From the NCBI RefSeq assembly GCF_041956535.1, contig NW_027192199.1:825693-889692 (forward strand): a DNA stretch of 64,000 nucleotides, read 5' to 3'. The notes under the pieces were generated by a model. The model saw only the letters and a list, made by a program, of their open reading frames with translations. It was not told the origin of the DNA and did not search any database. Both the position numbers and the translations under genes were made by a program. Positions 12,795-25,126 of the stretch are shown here, one piece after another. This stretch comes from Calcarisporiella thermophila CBS 279.70 (taxonomy: Eukaryota > Fungi > Calcarisporiellomycota). Each line of letters opens with the position of its first letter. The first letter of the stretch is position 1.

Positions 12795-13471
12795 TATTTT
12801 TTATTTTGAACATATAACACTTAATCCGTTCTTTTTACTATTAATTATTCTAATATTAATTTTTATATTTTTGAAATTCAATATATAAGGCTTTTTTTTT
12901 CATCTTCTTCACACTATGTATTATTTGGTATTATATATATATTTTTTCTTCACTCTTCAGATTTTCATTTGTCGTTCCTAGTGCCAATTCTATTCCAATC
13001 GATTAGAAGGAATTCTTAAATACAGATAGTATATAAGAGATCTTTTTCTCCTTAATCAGGGGATGAGGAGAACAGTTGGTATTGGAATGTGCGTCCGAGT
13101 TGTTCGCATTCTTCATCACGGACTCTGCTTCCGTTGCAAATCCGTTAAATTTTTTCATTCTACCATATATGAGCAGGATCTCCTAGTGAAAAATTTAGGG
13201 AAATTCTTCGTTGTTAGAGAATAAGCATACTACCTCGATGAAGAATGTTTGACGAAACCTTTTGCCTTGGTATTTAAAGACATCGGTTTTATTTTTGATA
13301 GGAAACTCCATTTTTCTTACTTCGCATTCTACAAACATAAGGGGGTAGCATTGGAGCAAAATATCTTATATATTCCTTTTCATTTTTAATACCACTTTGA
13401 TACCCTCTCTCTCTAAACCCTTCCTACAACCCCACCATCACCACCATCCCATAGAAAACTTCCCAATTAAC

Positions 13472-15037
13472 ATGAAAACACCTATTTTTATTGCGTTGAC
13501 CATCGCCGGTCTTGCGGCGGTTGCTCAAGGAGTTCCAACCATTGTGTCCAAGCGTGGCCTTCTTGATCAGTCAGTGAATGGGGCACATATCGTCGACCAT
13601 TTAAAACTCTTCAACTCTATGCAGGGATCGAACCCTCAACACTCTGAGAACTCCAATGCAAATACTAAGGCTAATGGCCCTGGCGATAATTCAAACCTTT
13701 CGAAGCAGAGTGGAGAAGGAGTTTACAAGAAGAAGAAGCATCATCATCACAAACGTGGTCTTATCGATAACACCTTGAATGGGGCACATGTCTTGGATCA
13801 TGTCTCCGCCATCAATTCGATGGTGAACTCCAACCCTCAGACTAGCGAGAATTCTAACGCAAACACGAAAGCTAATGGTCCTGGTGACTTCTCAAATCTT
13901 TCGAAACAGGGACCTGAGGGAGCATATGTGAAGCATCACAAGCGTTCGCACAAACTTCGTCGCGGCCTACACCGTCGTGGTGTCTTGGACAACACCCTGA
14001 ACAATGCCGATGTCGTTGATCACCTTTCCTTGATTAACTCGATGGTGAACTCCAACCCACAAGATAGCGAGAACCGCAACGCTAACACGAAGGCTTCTGG
14101 CCCTGGTGACAACTCCAACCTCTCCAAGCAGGGTGGTGAGGGTATCTATTACAAGGGAGGCCACTGTGATGATGATGATTGCCATCACCACCACTGGCGT
14201 CGTGGTGTCTTGGATAACACCTTGAACAATGCCGACGTCATTGACCATCTCTCCTTGATCAACTCGATGGTGAACTCCAACCCACAAGATAGCGAGAACC
14301 GCAACGCTAACACAAAGGCTTCTGGTCCTGGCGACAACTCGAACCTATCCAAGCAAGGTCCCGAGGGATTCTACTACAAGGGAGGCCACCACAAGCGAGG
14401 CGTAGAAAATAGAAATGCCAACACCAAGGAAACTGGGAATGTCGGCAATTCCGTGTACGCCCAGCAGAAGACTATAAAGCCTAAGAAGGGTCACAAGAAC
14501 AGCCTACAGCGTCGTGGTCTCTTGGATAACACCCTGAACAACGCCGACATCATCGATCACATCGAGGCAATCAACTCAATGGTGAACTCCAACCCACAAG
14601 ACAGCGAGAACCGCAACGCAAACACAAAGGCTTCTGGTCCCGGTGACAATTCTGATCTGTCCAAGCAAGGTCCCGAAGGATTCTATTACAAGGGCGGCCA
14701 TTACAAGCGGGGGGTGGAAAATAGAAACGCTAACACCAAAGAATCTGGAAATGTCAGCAACTCCGTATCGGCCCAGCAAAAAACGACGAAGCCTAAGAAG
14801 GGTCACAAGAACAGCCTACAGCGTCGTGGTGTCTTGGACAACACCTTAAACAATGCCGACGTCATTGACCACCTCTCCTTGATCAACTCGATGGTGAACT
14901 CCAACCCACAAGACAGCGAAAACCGCAACGCTAACACAAAGGCTTCTGGTCCTGGCGACAACTCGAACCTATCCAAGCAAGGTCCCGAAGGATTCTACTA
15001 CAAGGGCGGGCACCACGATTGTGGAGATCATTGTTAA
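13472..15037 (+). CDS. Secreted Kex2-processed repeat protein (KEP) with Asn-rich repeats
   Basis: Signal peptide MKTPIFIALTIAGLAAVAQG; six ~55-65 aa type-A repeats (G[VL][LI]DNTLN...NSNPQxSENxNANTKAxGPGDNSNLSKQG) and two ~39-aa type-B repeats, each preceded by KR or RR; intronless. Confidence 0.85.
   Translation: MKTPIFIALTIAGLAAVAQGVPTIVSKRGLLDQSVNGAHIVDHLKLFNSMQGSNPQHSENSNANTKANGPGDNSNLSKQSGEGVYKKKKHHHHKRGLIDNTLNGAHVLDHVSAINSMVNSNPQTSENSNANTKANGPGDFSNLSKQGPEGAYVKHHKRSHKLRRGLHRRGVLDNTLNNADVVDHLSLINSMVNSNPQDSENRNANTKASGPGDNSNLSKQGGEGIYYKGGHCDDDDCHHHHWRRGVLDNTLNNADVIDHLSLINSMVNSNPQDSENRNANTKASGPGDNSNLSKQGPEGFYYKGGHHKRGVENRNANTKETGNVGNSVYAQQKTIKPKKGHKNSLQRRGLLDNTLNNADIIDHIEAINSMVNSNPQDSENRNANTKASGPGDNSDLSKQGPEGFYYKGGHYKRGVENRNANTKESGNVSNSVSAQQKTTKPKKGHKNSLQRRGVLDNTLNNADVIDHLSLINSMVNSNPQDSENRNANTKASGPGDNSNLSKQGPEGFYYKGGHHDCGDHC
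13550..15010 (+). repeat. Coding tandem repeats in the order A-A-A-A-B-A-B-A
   Basis: Near-identical DNA units such as cgtcgtggtgtcttggacaacacc...aactccaacccacaagatagcgagaaccgcaacgc recur near 13973, 14198, 14509 and 14822. Confidence 0.9.
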
Positions 15038-15771
15038 AATAGTCGCTCCTTTTTATCTCTTTTCGTTCCTTTTAAGTATAGACTCTCATATTGATTATGA
15101 TGATCTGTAATATATGAATGTGATTCATTTGGAGTCCTCTATGTGCTTGAAGTACTGTAAGCCTTTTGATTTTTATTTTTTTTTTTTTTTTTACTTTCTA
15201 TGGACATTTCACTTTACTTTCTTTATTCAATCAAGTAATCTTTGTGGTCAAATATTACTATTAATTTTTTGATTAATCTTTAAAGAAAAATAAAACAGAT
15301 TTCAATAATCTTAAATCAGCATTGTATTATTATTACTATTATTTAATGAATCTATTGCTTTTTCATTGGAATGCGGTACTTATCATTTCAAATAGGAAAT
15401 TTCAACGACGAAGCTTTGGGCGTTTGCCATGGTGAAGCGTTCTTTAGTGCAGATCTTGATAGTAGTAGCTTATATTTAAATGAGAACATTAAAAACTGAA
15501 GAGAATGGGTAGAGAATACACCTCCATTTTCCACCTATTTCTAAATCTTATTGACTATAAGATTTAGGAATGTGAAATCGAATTTGAATTCCTCAATAAC
15601 CGCTGAATTGTAACAAATAACTCCTTTCAAAGCATACCTGAAAAAAAAAATCCAAAGAGTGCAACAATGTTCTCGCTAGTTGTTGTTGCAAATACTAAAC
15701 ATGACAATGGTAACAATAGTGATGCTTTAAAAGTATTTACAGAGGAGATATTAAATTAATCTCAACCACAC

Positions 15772-17674
15772 TCATAATATTTTCACCTTCAGAGTATTCT
15801 CTAGTTCTTCAAAGATCTCCTTGATCTTTTTCCTCAGGATTTTCGCAATTCCTTTTCTATTAATCTCTTCACATTTCAATATGCGTTCAGTTTTGATCAG
15901 GTGGCACATAGCAATGGGCTTGATTGAAGTTTCCTGATGTTGGATTATAACATAGGCATGGATACGACACGCAATAATATTGGAACCTAGTGCAGCAAAT
16001 CTACAACTATCTTTACGGAGATGGACTTCCTCCAATGCTAATGAGATCCACTGCGCTGTCTTTGAGCATTCATAAAATGCCAACGCACAAAGCTCGCGCA
16101 TTAATGGAGAATTAATTCTACTTGAAGGGAAAGAACTTTTAGAGGAAGGCTGAAGGAGGTCGAACCACCTCTGTGCCCAAGCTCCAAGTTGTATCGTTTT
16201 AAAAAAGAGGTAAGGAGATGAGAGATGGTTAAGACTGGAGAAATCATCTTCTGAATAAGTTGAGAAAGAAGGGGGAAATCTAGGAAGTAGAGGTTTCAAT
16301 AGGTCAATTATTTTGATAAGCATCGCAAGCGTCTCATTTTCTGTCACAGTCCAGTCAAGCTCGGGAATATTCATAAATATTAGAAACCATTCAACTGTAT
16401 CTACCATGTAACCCTATAATTTTGTGAGGTGAATTCAAATGGAGTTTGCTCAGCTATTTAAATTCAATCTAAAAAGAAATGACTTACAAGTATCTCTTTG
16501 GTTTCTTGGTCCTCGTGAGGAAACGAAATGGGTCGAGATTCAAATAAATTACACGGTGTATAAAGCATACGTGAATTCCCGCTATACATCGCAGCTGCAA
16601 TATCCCAGTAGAACAATGTCCACCTAAGCGGGAAAACATAGGTGAGAATCAGGAATGCTAAGGACAAGCTTCAAATAATACCCACCAGATTCTTCGCTTT
16701 ATTTCTCTCCAAAGCGGATCTCTTTCTCCACGGTTATCCCAGTCGATTCCAAGCTGTCTCGACATCGTAATTGCATGGCCCAACAGAAGATTTCTATCCT
16801 CTAGTCGGGATCGCACTGGTTGATAAACATGAAGATTGAGAGCTGCAAGACAAGTCCAAATTGTTGGCTCATCAAATACTTCACTAATAAGACGTTTGGC
16901 CTCGCCATAGCAATATTCAGAAAGTGAACGTAATTCCCCATCATATGAAGTAGCCGGATGTGATTCGTAGACGTGCTGTGCAGCCCAGGCGACGGCAGAA
17001 AAGAGGAAAGCCGGATCTAGTCCGGAAGTATTAAACAAATGCTGTATATGAGCCCGGTTTGGATACCGAAAGTAGATAAAGCACGGGGAGAGATAAACTT
17101 GGAATAAGAATTGGAAAAGATTGTGAGAAAGGGACACCTCATTAATTAGCGAATCTACCAGACTGATATTGGTACTTTCGGGCTCGTACTTATGACTTAG
17201 CATAGATTCAAAGAGCAAGATTCTCATTCTCTTCTTTGTACTATTAATTGCAGGATGAGCAAGCCGAAAGTGTGGATGTACGCTGTAATGTTTCCCTGAT
17301 GCGGTATCGAGGTATTCAGCAAGCAGTATTTGTAGATCCCCGAGAGTACGCAGATTAATGAATATATGAAAGTCGAAACAATTACAGCTATTCACGTGGC
17401 AACAGCTGTTCTTATGAACAGAAAAAATTAAGGAATTAGTCGAGTTTTTATTTTCATCTAGTGGTCTCTCACTGTGTTCCCTTGAAACTCTCGATACAGA
17501 GCAAGCGGAGCCAATCTCTATTACAGCTTTTGGCTTCACTGAATTATTAATAGCTTGAATTCCGACCACCTCCACTTCATCTTGTATGCTGTTTTGGTGC
17601 CTAAGCTGTAATGCCCCATTTTCTGCAGCCAATTGCCGGCTATATAAATCAGAGTTATGTTTGTAACATAGCAT
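15772..17674 (-). CDS. Fungal-specific transcription-factor middle-homology-domain protein; start uncertain, no clear Zn2Cys6 cluster
   Basis: EAKRLISEVFDEPTIWTCLAAL, AITMSRQLGI; splicing the GTGGGT...TTAG intron restores RRIW-WTLFYWD; a second GTAAGT intron joins to GYMVDTVEWF. Confidence 0.7.
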
Positions 17675-17803
17675 TGAATTTTGGAATTCGGGAAAAGCTC
17701 GAAATACTCGCGTTTTAACATAATCAGAAATTCGGCAATTAAAATTTTTCGAATATCAAAAATGGATAATTGAAATAGATGTTTGTTTAGCTGATATTTC
17801 GTC

Positions 17804-18298
17804 ATGAACGATCGCAGGCTATATGTGTTGTCGCTTTATAAGCGATTACTCCAAGTAGTACCGCCTCTTCCTCCGTGAAATGCCCACCGAATTTAAACTA
17901 ATAATATTCAAATTATGAAGATAGGTAAGAAGATGCCTAGCGCGACCCGCCAAACGCTAGTTACTACCCGTGTTCGCCAAGAATTTAAGGATAATAAGCG
18001 AGCATCCGATGTAGATTTTCTTATTAAGATCGCGGAGACACAGCTAGATAATTTAGAGGTAGTTTTGTATTCAGCTATAATCTCCATCCATCTAAATCTG
18101 ACCTTCTATTTATACCCATAGGCTCAACAACAACATTTGACTAATCTTGCAAAACGTACCGACCTTTTAATCCCAGTGGATCTTAACACTACTTCAATGA
18201 AAAAGAGTAGTAGATCAAGAGTAGGAAAATTCAATCGATTCATGCAAGGACCTGAACCAAGTTGGATTCGAAAAAAAAGAGAAGAACAAAATAGATGA
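17804..18298 (+). CDS. LYR-motif (Complex1_LYR) mitochondrial protein; 3 exons
   Basis: Spliced product MNDRRLYVLSLYKRLLQ|IGKKMPS...RVRQEFKDNK...IAETQLDNLE|AQQQHL..., with an LYK motif and downstream EF. Confidence 0.75.
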
Positions 18299-19355
18299 CA
18301 TGTATAACCTATATTTTAACCAATTTTTTTCTCTGTATATATATTATGAACAAGGTGCCTTTCTAGTTGTTAATAGATTTGATTGAATATTTCTGACTCA
18401 TATGGTACTTAGCTTCATTCGACATACATTATTGTGCACGAAACTTTGATTTACACTGAGAGTTAACCACGAGTCTCTAATAGGCATTACAGATTGATAC
18501 AAGGCAAACGTTAAAAAAGTCGCCGTATATTTTATCAAATATCTACACTCTCTATATATGTTTATTATAAAGATAGTCGAGGGCTCAGAATCCAGCTAAT
18601 GTGTTTTTATCTTGATTGCACAAAGAATTGGTTTCTCAGTTCGAGAAAGATGGCATTAACAACTTGTCCGAGTCTCCTATCGCCTCCTAAAAAGAGCTAT
18701 TTCTTATCCTGCTAGTCTGCTTCAATACGGAGTGCATTGGGCACGATGTGGCTTTTCATTCTTTTTCATCTCTTTATTTGCCGAGTATCGAGAATTGTAA
18801 AATTCTCTGAATCTGTCTGAAATCCGTTGAAAATATCCTCTAAACAAATTCGGTTCCGAATAATAAGCGCGCGTGCTAGTTATCTGCTCTCTCCATTTCA
18901 TTCCCCATTTTATAAAATAACTCTGTAAATCTTCTGAAGGTGTAGTACATTTCTTTTGATATAGCCAACCATTTCTTTTTTTCTTTCCTTTGAGCAAATT
19001 TGCTCCATAATAGATAGCTCATTTTGCGCTTTTAACTATCTTTTATTTTTGCCACCATTCTTATTACGGCATACAGTTCACAATTGCTTACTATAATGAG
19101 CTATTTCCATGTCCATTGCGTAACTATTAATTGAACCAGCTTATAAATTAATGGTGTTTTCCACTTATAATCCTTGCAACCACTCTGCTTCTCCAACTGT
19201 CTCTCTCCATTGTCTGGCACTAATAAGTAAAAGACGAATTGTAAAAATTCCCAATGCAAGTACTCTGGAATTTGACTCAATTTCATTGTTAATATATTGT
19301 ATTATTCCTCGAAATTAGCACGGCGGCACGCTAGTCAGTTCGTTTCTATTCCAAT

Positions 19356-22300
19356 ATGGAGCAAGAATCTGTTAATATGCAAGAGGTACTAGAAGGTCAC
19401 TTTACTCTAGAGCAGCAAGATTTTGAGGGAATGGATAACCCATATTCAGAAACTACAGACAATTTAATATTGAAGGATTACGAAGAGGTCATTATGAACC
19501 AGTTCTCTGAATATATTGTGAGTCAAAAAAAAGGTGAGAGAAATGGAGGAGAAATATTCTTCTGCAATCAGCGACCGGAAGATAGTAAAACCGTAGTGGA
19601 AGGATCAATAGCTTCTTCTTGGCAAGATGCAATGGACACTTGGGATAATAATTGCAGCGAGTCTTCAGTGACACTTGCCTCCGACCAACTCCAACGGGAA
19701 AATTCGTCATTGGAATGCACTTCCTATAACTATTCACGCCAAAGGCGGCAAGACTCACTTCGCCTTAACAACTTGTATAATCTCAATCCTTTTCTCAACA
19801 TTTTTACTCCTGAGCTGCAATGCTCTGGCCCGAACACAATTGCCTACTTCTCCAATAGCGAGCTGCCTACACCTCTAACACCCACAATGTTTTCACCAGG
19901 ATTTTCTAATGCACTTAATGCAATAGAACAAGGAATATTTCCACCAGAATGGTCACTTTCCTTTTCCTATAGCAGTAACATTTTGAGGTGTCCTCAAGTG
20001 ATTGAGCCTGAGTTCATGTTTAACACTACCAATCAAGATTTCTTGAATGCACCAAAAATCGAGAGGAATATAAACACCATTTGTGACGTGAAGGGATCCA
20101 ACTCTGACAGCGAAGGAAAACATAACACCTCCAGTTTATCCCTACAGACTACCTCATTGGATAAAAATTTCAAGTTGCATTCAAAAGGTATTTCTTCCTG
20201 CCAGCCCCCACCCTACAATTCTGCCACGGCAACTCCTTTGAATGCTTTCCCAGACGCAAAGTTGCTTAATGACATGCAGCTGGATCAAGTAGTTAATGAG
20301 TATGTATCATTGACTCGTCTAAAAGACGTGAGTCGTGTGGCCATCATGACCCCAAAAGTAGCAATAAAATCATACGGGAATGAGCGGCGCTTCTTTTGCC
20401 CACCACCAATTGTATTACTACGTGGAAAAATATTGACGAAAAACCCTCAACAGCTTAAGATACATGTGGGGCTCGGACTGTGTGAGTTGGCTCCCGTGAA
20501 CTTAGAGTGGATTGCTTTCTCAAAACCTGAGAATAAAGAAGAAGAAACTGTAGGCCGCTGTGTCGCGAGGCAACTTTATATTCCTGCTGGGCCAGAAGAT
20601 AGAAGAAGACAAGACGCTCGAGTACATTTTGCAGTCAAAGTTGAAACGTCCATCATGAAAGGAGAATTCACGAGCCGAGATATCAAGGTGATTTCAAAGC
20701 CAAGTAAGAAGCGGCAGTGTGTCAAGAATATGGAGAGTAAATACTGACTCAAACTTTTTTTCTTTTCGAGCAAATTGATATTTATCCTAAAGATCTTTGT
20801 ACTTTAATTAGTGTGTATCCACCATGGTGCAACTGTAGCTCTCTATCATCGATATCGTTCTCAAACTGTTACTACTAAATTACTCACTACCTCAACACAC
20901 CCTGAATCGAGAGATACCATGTTTGCCGCCCAACACGGAATATGGGACGTGTATCGAATCTGGATCGTAGATTCCGACCGATTAGCTGCACAAACTTCTA
21001 ATTCTTCGGCCCTGCTTAGTGGCACAGATATTCTTTCGATTGCAGCCCAGGAGGATTGTGAAAGATCAAGCATAATACATTATAACCAGTGCATTGTATT
21101 GCAGTGCGTAAAGTCTGGATTAATCAGCCCGGTATTTATTGTGCGACGTGTAGAAAAGGGCAGCTGGGTGGAGGGTGCTGAAGGTGAAAATAAATCTCAT
21201 AACAGTTATTCGATATATAGCATTGCTTACCGATAGTTAATAATTATTATCAGGGATCGGAGACCCTGTATCCCAACTTCATAAGATAGCATTACAGTTC
21301 GCATCAATTGATTTTGGAGAAGATAGATACAGAGGCAAGTACCTTTCTTTTCTCGACGGGAGTGTAGTGGGAACTTGGGCCATTAGAGGCAGCAAGATGT
21401 ATGAAAAAACAACACTTCAACCTAGCAGCCAATCGCTAGTTCAAAACGAGACTTTTCAATATTCAAATAAGCGGCGTAACAGTGAGCCTAGTCCATCGCC
21501 TGGTGAATCTTCACAAGCCGATTGTACCACAACTCTTGGAGAATTCATCAGCTTAACTAGTAGTGACCTGCTCGATACGTCCTATAAAAAATCTACTACT
21601 TCAAAGAAAGCTCGGGATATTTCGATACATTCAGGCTACCTCCCTTTGCATTCCAGAGCGTTCACTGATGATAGTCCCCCTTCACCTCGCAGACGTCGCA
21701 TTTCAGCCGATGCCATCACATCTAATCCTGGTTTGAAAGTACCCTTCTCACAAATGGCTTACAATCCGCGACGTATCAATAGTCTAGCGAGCTTGCATGA
21801 ATTGAGGAGGATTGGAATGAGTATGGGATCGGGCACTCCGAATACAACTGCAAATCATATGAATAGAGAAGAGAGTGAAATCGAAGATAGAGTTAGAAAA
21901 AAGAAGATCGAAACTAGAACGTTTGATAGAGAAAAGGGGTGGTGGGTGGAGGACGTGGGAGAGCCGGGTGTTTGGACCATTGTTGCCACTGGTTAGTACT
22001 GCTTATTCATTGCTTATTTTGAATATTTACAAGAAACACTTTTTTAGAAACTGTTGAATATACCTTTTCTACTCTCTCCACTGAGTATCCGGTTTACTAC
22101 AATCTTAACCCCGTCCCTAGAATTGATAGTCTCGCTAGTATGAGTGAGAGCTGTCTCGTACTTCATGGCGAAAATCTCCTTACTGAAGGGCTAAAGATAT
22201 ATTTTGGTGAGCAGCGCGTTACTAGCGAGTTCAGGAATCAAGAGGGCCAGGTGATGTGCCGGCTTCCGGAGAAAAAAAATGAATGGGATTCTTTGCCATT

Positions 22301-22448
22301 AAATCAGCATACACAAAAATGGGAGAACTGCCTTGAGCCAAAAGACATAAAAACCTCGCGGAAAAGTGTCCGAGACGATAAGGTTCCAATTCTACTTGTA
22401 CGTCAAGACGGGATTGTATATGATACAGGAAAATCGTGGAGTCTTTAA
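19356..22448 (+). CDS. CSL (CBF1/Su(H)/LAG-1) family transcription factor, fungal Cbf11/Cbf12-like; multi-exon
   Basis: KVAIKSYGNERRFFCPPP, IKVISKPSKKRQ, VALYHRYRSQTVTTK, GDPVSQLHKIALQ, WTIVAT, LVLHGENL and PILLVRQDGIVY match the LAG1 NTD, beta-trefoil and CTD motifs. Confidence 0.9.
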
Positions 22449-23243
22449 GCCCGTCCTAGTCAACTTGGCAAATTATGTATACATATTGCGAGTTCAAGTT
22501 GAATTCCTACTCGAATCTTCGTGTATTGTAGTTCAATTGTAGGGTGTTTTGAAGGATTTTTTGGTATTTTTGCTCTTCTTGCTATACTTTTTGTAAAGCT
22601 TTTTCCGATTAATTTCTCAAAATTCTCCAACTTCGAAAATTGTTATCTGCAACTTAAACGTATAAACAACTAGTTTTTGTTAATCTGTGCATGATGCAAT
22701 TTCATTTCATGAAATTTTTATTATATTCAATTTCTTAATATTGGAAAAGCGATATTCTGAAATGCTCGTAATTACAATATATTCACATTTATTCGATGGG
22801 CTTGGAATTGGTCTGCATTCTCAAAAATGGTTGATATAACGTCGAATATGACATTGTCAAATCTCTTACGAAGATCATAGCACAATGCAATGCAATCATA
22901 AAACAACTTCCAGTTATGCCTTGAAAGGGAGTATGCTATTTTACAGGTTCATCCAACTCTGGAAGCAACTGATTTTTGAGAAAAAAACTATCAAAGTATA
23001 TAGAATGGTAGTGCCTTTTATTAATGTAGTCGATTAAAGAACAATTAAACTGTTTCTTTTTTCTGTAATAATTTTTTTCACCAGGCACTCTCGCAAATTT
23101 GTCGACTATACTCCAATGTTACAATAGTGAATAAAGATAATCTATGCACAAAAGATATATGACTACTCGGAATTCTTTGAATACAGGTGCTACCATGCAA
23201 AATTGAAAACTATATATACAATGCAGCCTTAATAATAGAAACG

Positions 23244-24237
23244 TTAACTATGGAACATATCGCATATCATCTTCACTCCCAAGTAGTTGACATGATCTTC
23301 CAAGTCGAACTTGGTAACCGAATTAGAACATTTAGGATCCTCATCTTGCAAACACTGTACTGTCTTTTGACCGTTATGCCAAATCTCTACGCCGAAATGC
23401 CGCCACCCGTCTTTGGTTTTGGTTGCCTGTGGCACTGGGTCGGTATTTTCGACGATGCGCTTTGTTTTGATACCAAGTGATTCATAGAATTTAACAAAAT
23501 TCTGATCGCCGGCTCGTGGCTCACCAAAAGTATTTAGTCGTAAGTTAAGATTGGGAAATTGTTTGCGCAGATCGATAACGTTGTAAGTCGCTAGTGCGCC
23601 GCCAAGGCTGTGTCCCAGTACAAGAACCGAATGGTCAGGATGCTCCTGGATAAGTGTTGTAATGGTATTCATCACTATATCACGAGCGTCATTATAAGTT
23701 TCGAAAAAGCCATAGTGCACTTTTGCGCCTTTAGAGTGAGGATAATCGACCTAAGACAATGAAGTAAAAAAATAGGTCATATAACATTTTCAAAAAACTC
23801 AAAGATTCCAATGGGTATAATACCGGAAATGCTTTAATATCTTGTATGAGATTTCTTAGAGTGTTAGTACCACCCCATGAAACTACGATGATTTTCTCCT
23901 TCGAGTCCCGACCGATGAATCCGCGAGAGTCGAACTTTTCTGTTAACCATTTCTTCTCTAGCTGCATTCCCGAAAAATCAGAGCACTCGGCAGGACATGC
24001 AAACGGTGCGGTTATATTGCGACAATTTGCTATGAATGCAAGCTTCACCAGTTGGCGAAGTGCGCCGTATTCATTTTCATTAAGGTTATAGTAGTCTGTA
24101 GTGATGGGTATCTCATCAACTGCAGCTTGAAAATTTGCGATGCCATCGCCATCAGCTGCATCGACAGGGTAAACGCTGCTGTTGGAGGCTAAGGTAATAA
24201 TTGCCACGAGAAGGCAAAGGAGGACTTTGGGTTTCAT
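23244..24237 (-). CDS. Secreted class 3 lipase (triacylglycerol lipase / feruloyl-esterase-like); 2 exons
   Basis: Signal peptide; IVVSWGGTN; VHYGF; GHSLGGA nucleophile elbow; TFGEPRAGD; DPVP; HFGVEIW; C-terminal catalytic His (DHVNY). Confidence 0.9.
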
Positions 24238-25126
24238 ATTGTGGTGCGATTCCTCCTAGGCTACTCTTTTGTTCGAGAGAGATATCCGGAGCGATTTATA
24301 TATAGGCATGCGTGCTCAATTTAACTAGTGGAGAGTCAAAATTGGTGTTCAACAAGTGTGTATGATTAGGATCTATGTAAATGATCGGGTAAAACTGCTA
24401 TTATTTTCTGGATATTTTCAGCAAGAATGTTGCTATTTTAACTACAATACCCGTCTTTCCATCAATGTCGGAGTGGCTGTCTAAAGTATTCGGACTTCCC
24501 AAATTGAATGTTTTTAGGGAACGCTTACCACCCGAATTTGTCAAAAAGATCTTGCTGAAGTAAGACAAGAACTGTAGCGCTTAGCCTATTCCACTCGACA
24601 TTATTTTCTTCACTTGTGATATACTTTCGTGGTTTCACGCTATCCTAATCTTGAAAGAAAATGCCATGCTATTATTAGAACTCTTAATTCTTACCCGTAG
24701 CTTGAGGCTTTGTATTCTCTTCTATTGTATAGAGAGGGTACTTATTGTCTCTAATCTGAACTCGGTGTTATCCGCTCTTTAATATTTTTTTTTTCCCACA
24801 CATTGAGCCTAACGATGTCTGAAATAACTAGAAAATTGACAGATAAAGAAATGTCCAAGGTACATCTTTCCCCCGGTGCTATATGGCTTCCATGCTAAAT
24901 AATTGGTACTAAATATATAGCATTTTAACGCATACTACTTTATTTATTAGAAGGATATTAAGATACGACCAAAAAAGAAGAATTAGTTCTTCATAGGAAA
25001 TATACCATTATCTAAACTCTAACTCGGAATTATTCATATTTCATCATCGAAACCGATTTTGGCTTTACTCTATGTATTTCCTAAGTAATGTGTTTTCAGG
25101 CTATCGTTTGCCCCAATCATCCTATA

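Noticed and set aside
13550-15010. Regular DNA repeats considered as a CRISPR-like array or satellite
   Set aside because: The repeats are in-frame coding units with synonymous variation and no unique spacers, in a eukaryotic context.
16464-16680. Apparent frameshift/stop in the fungal transcription factor gene
   Set aside because: Resolved by a GTGGGT...TTAG intron that restores RRIWWTLFYWD.
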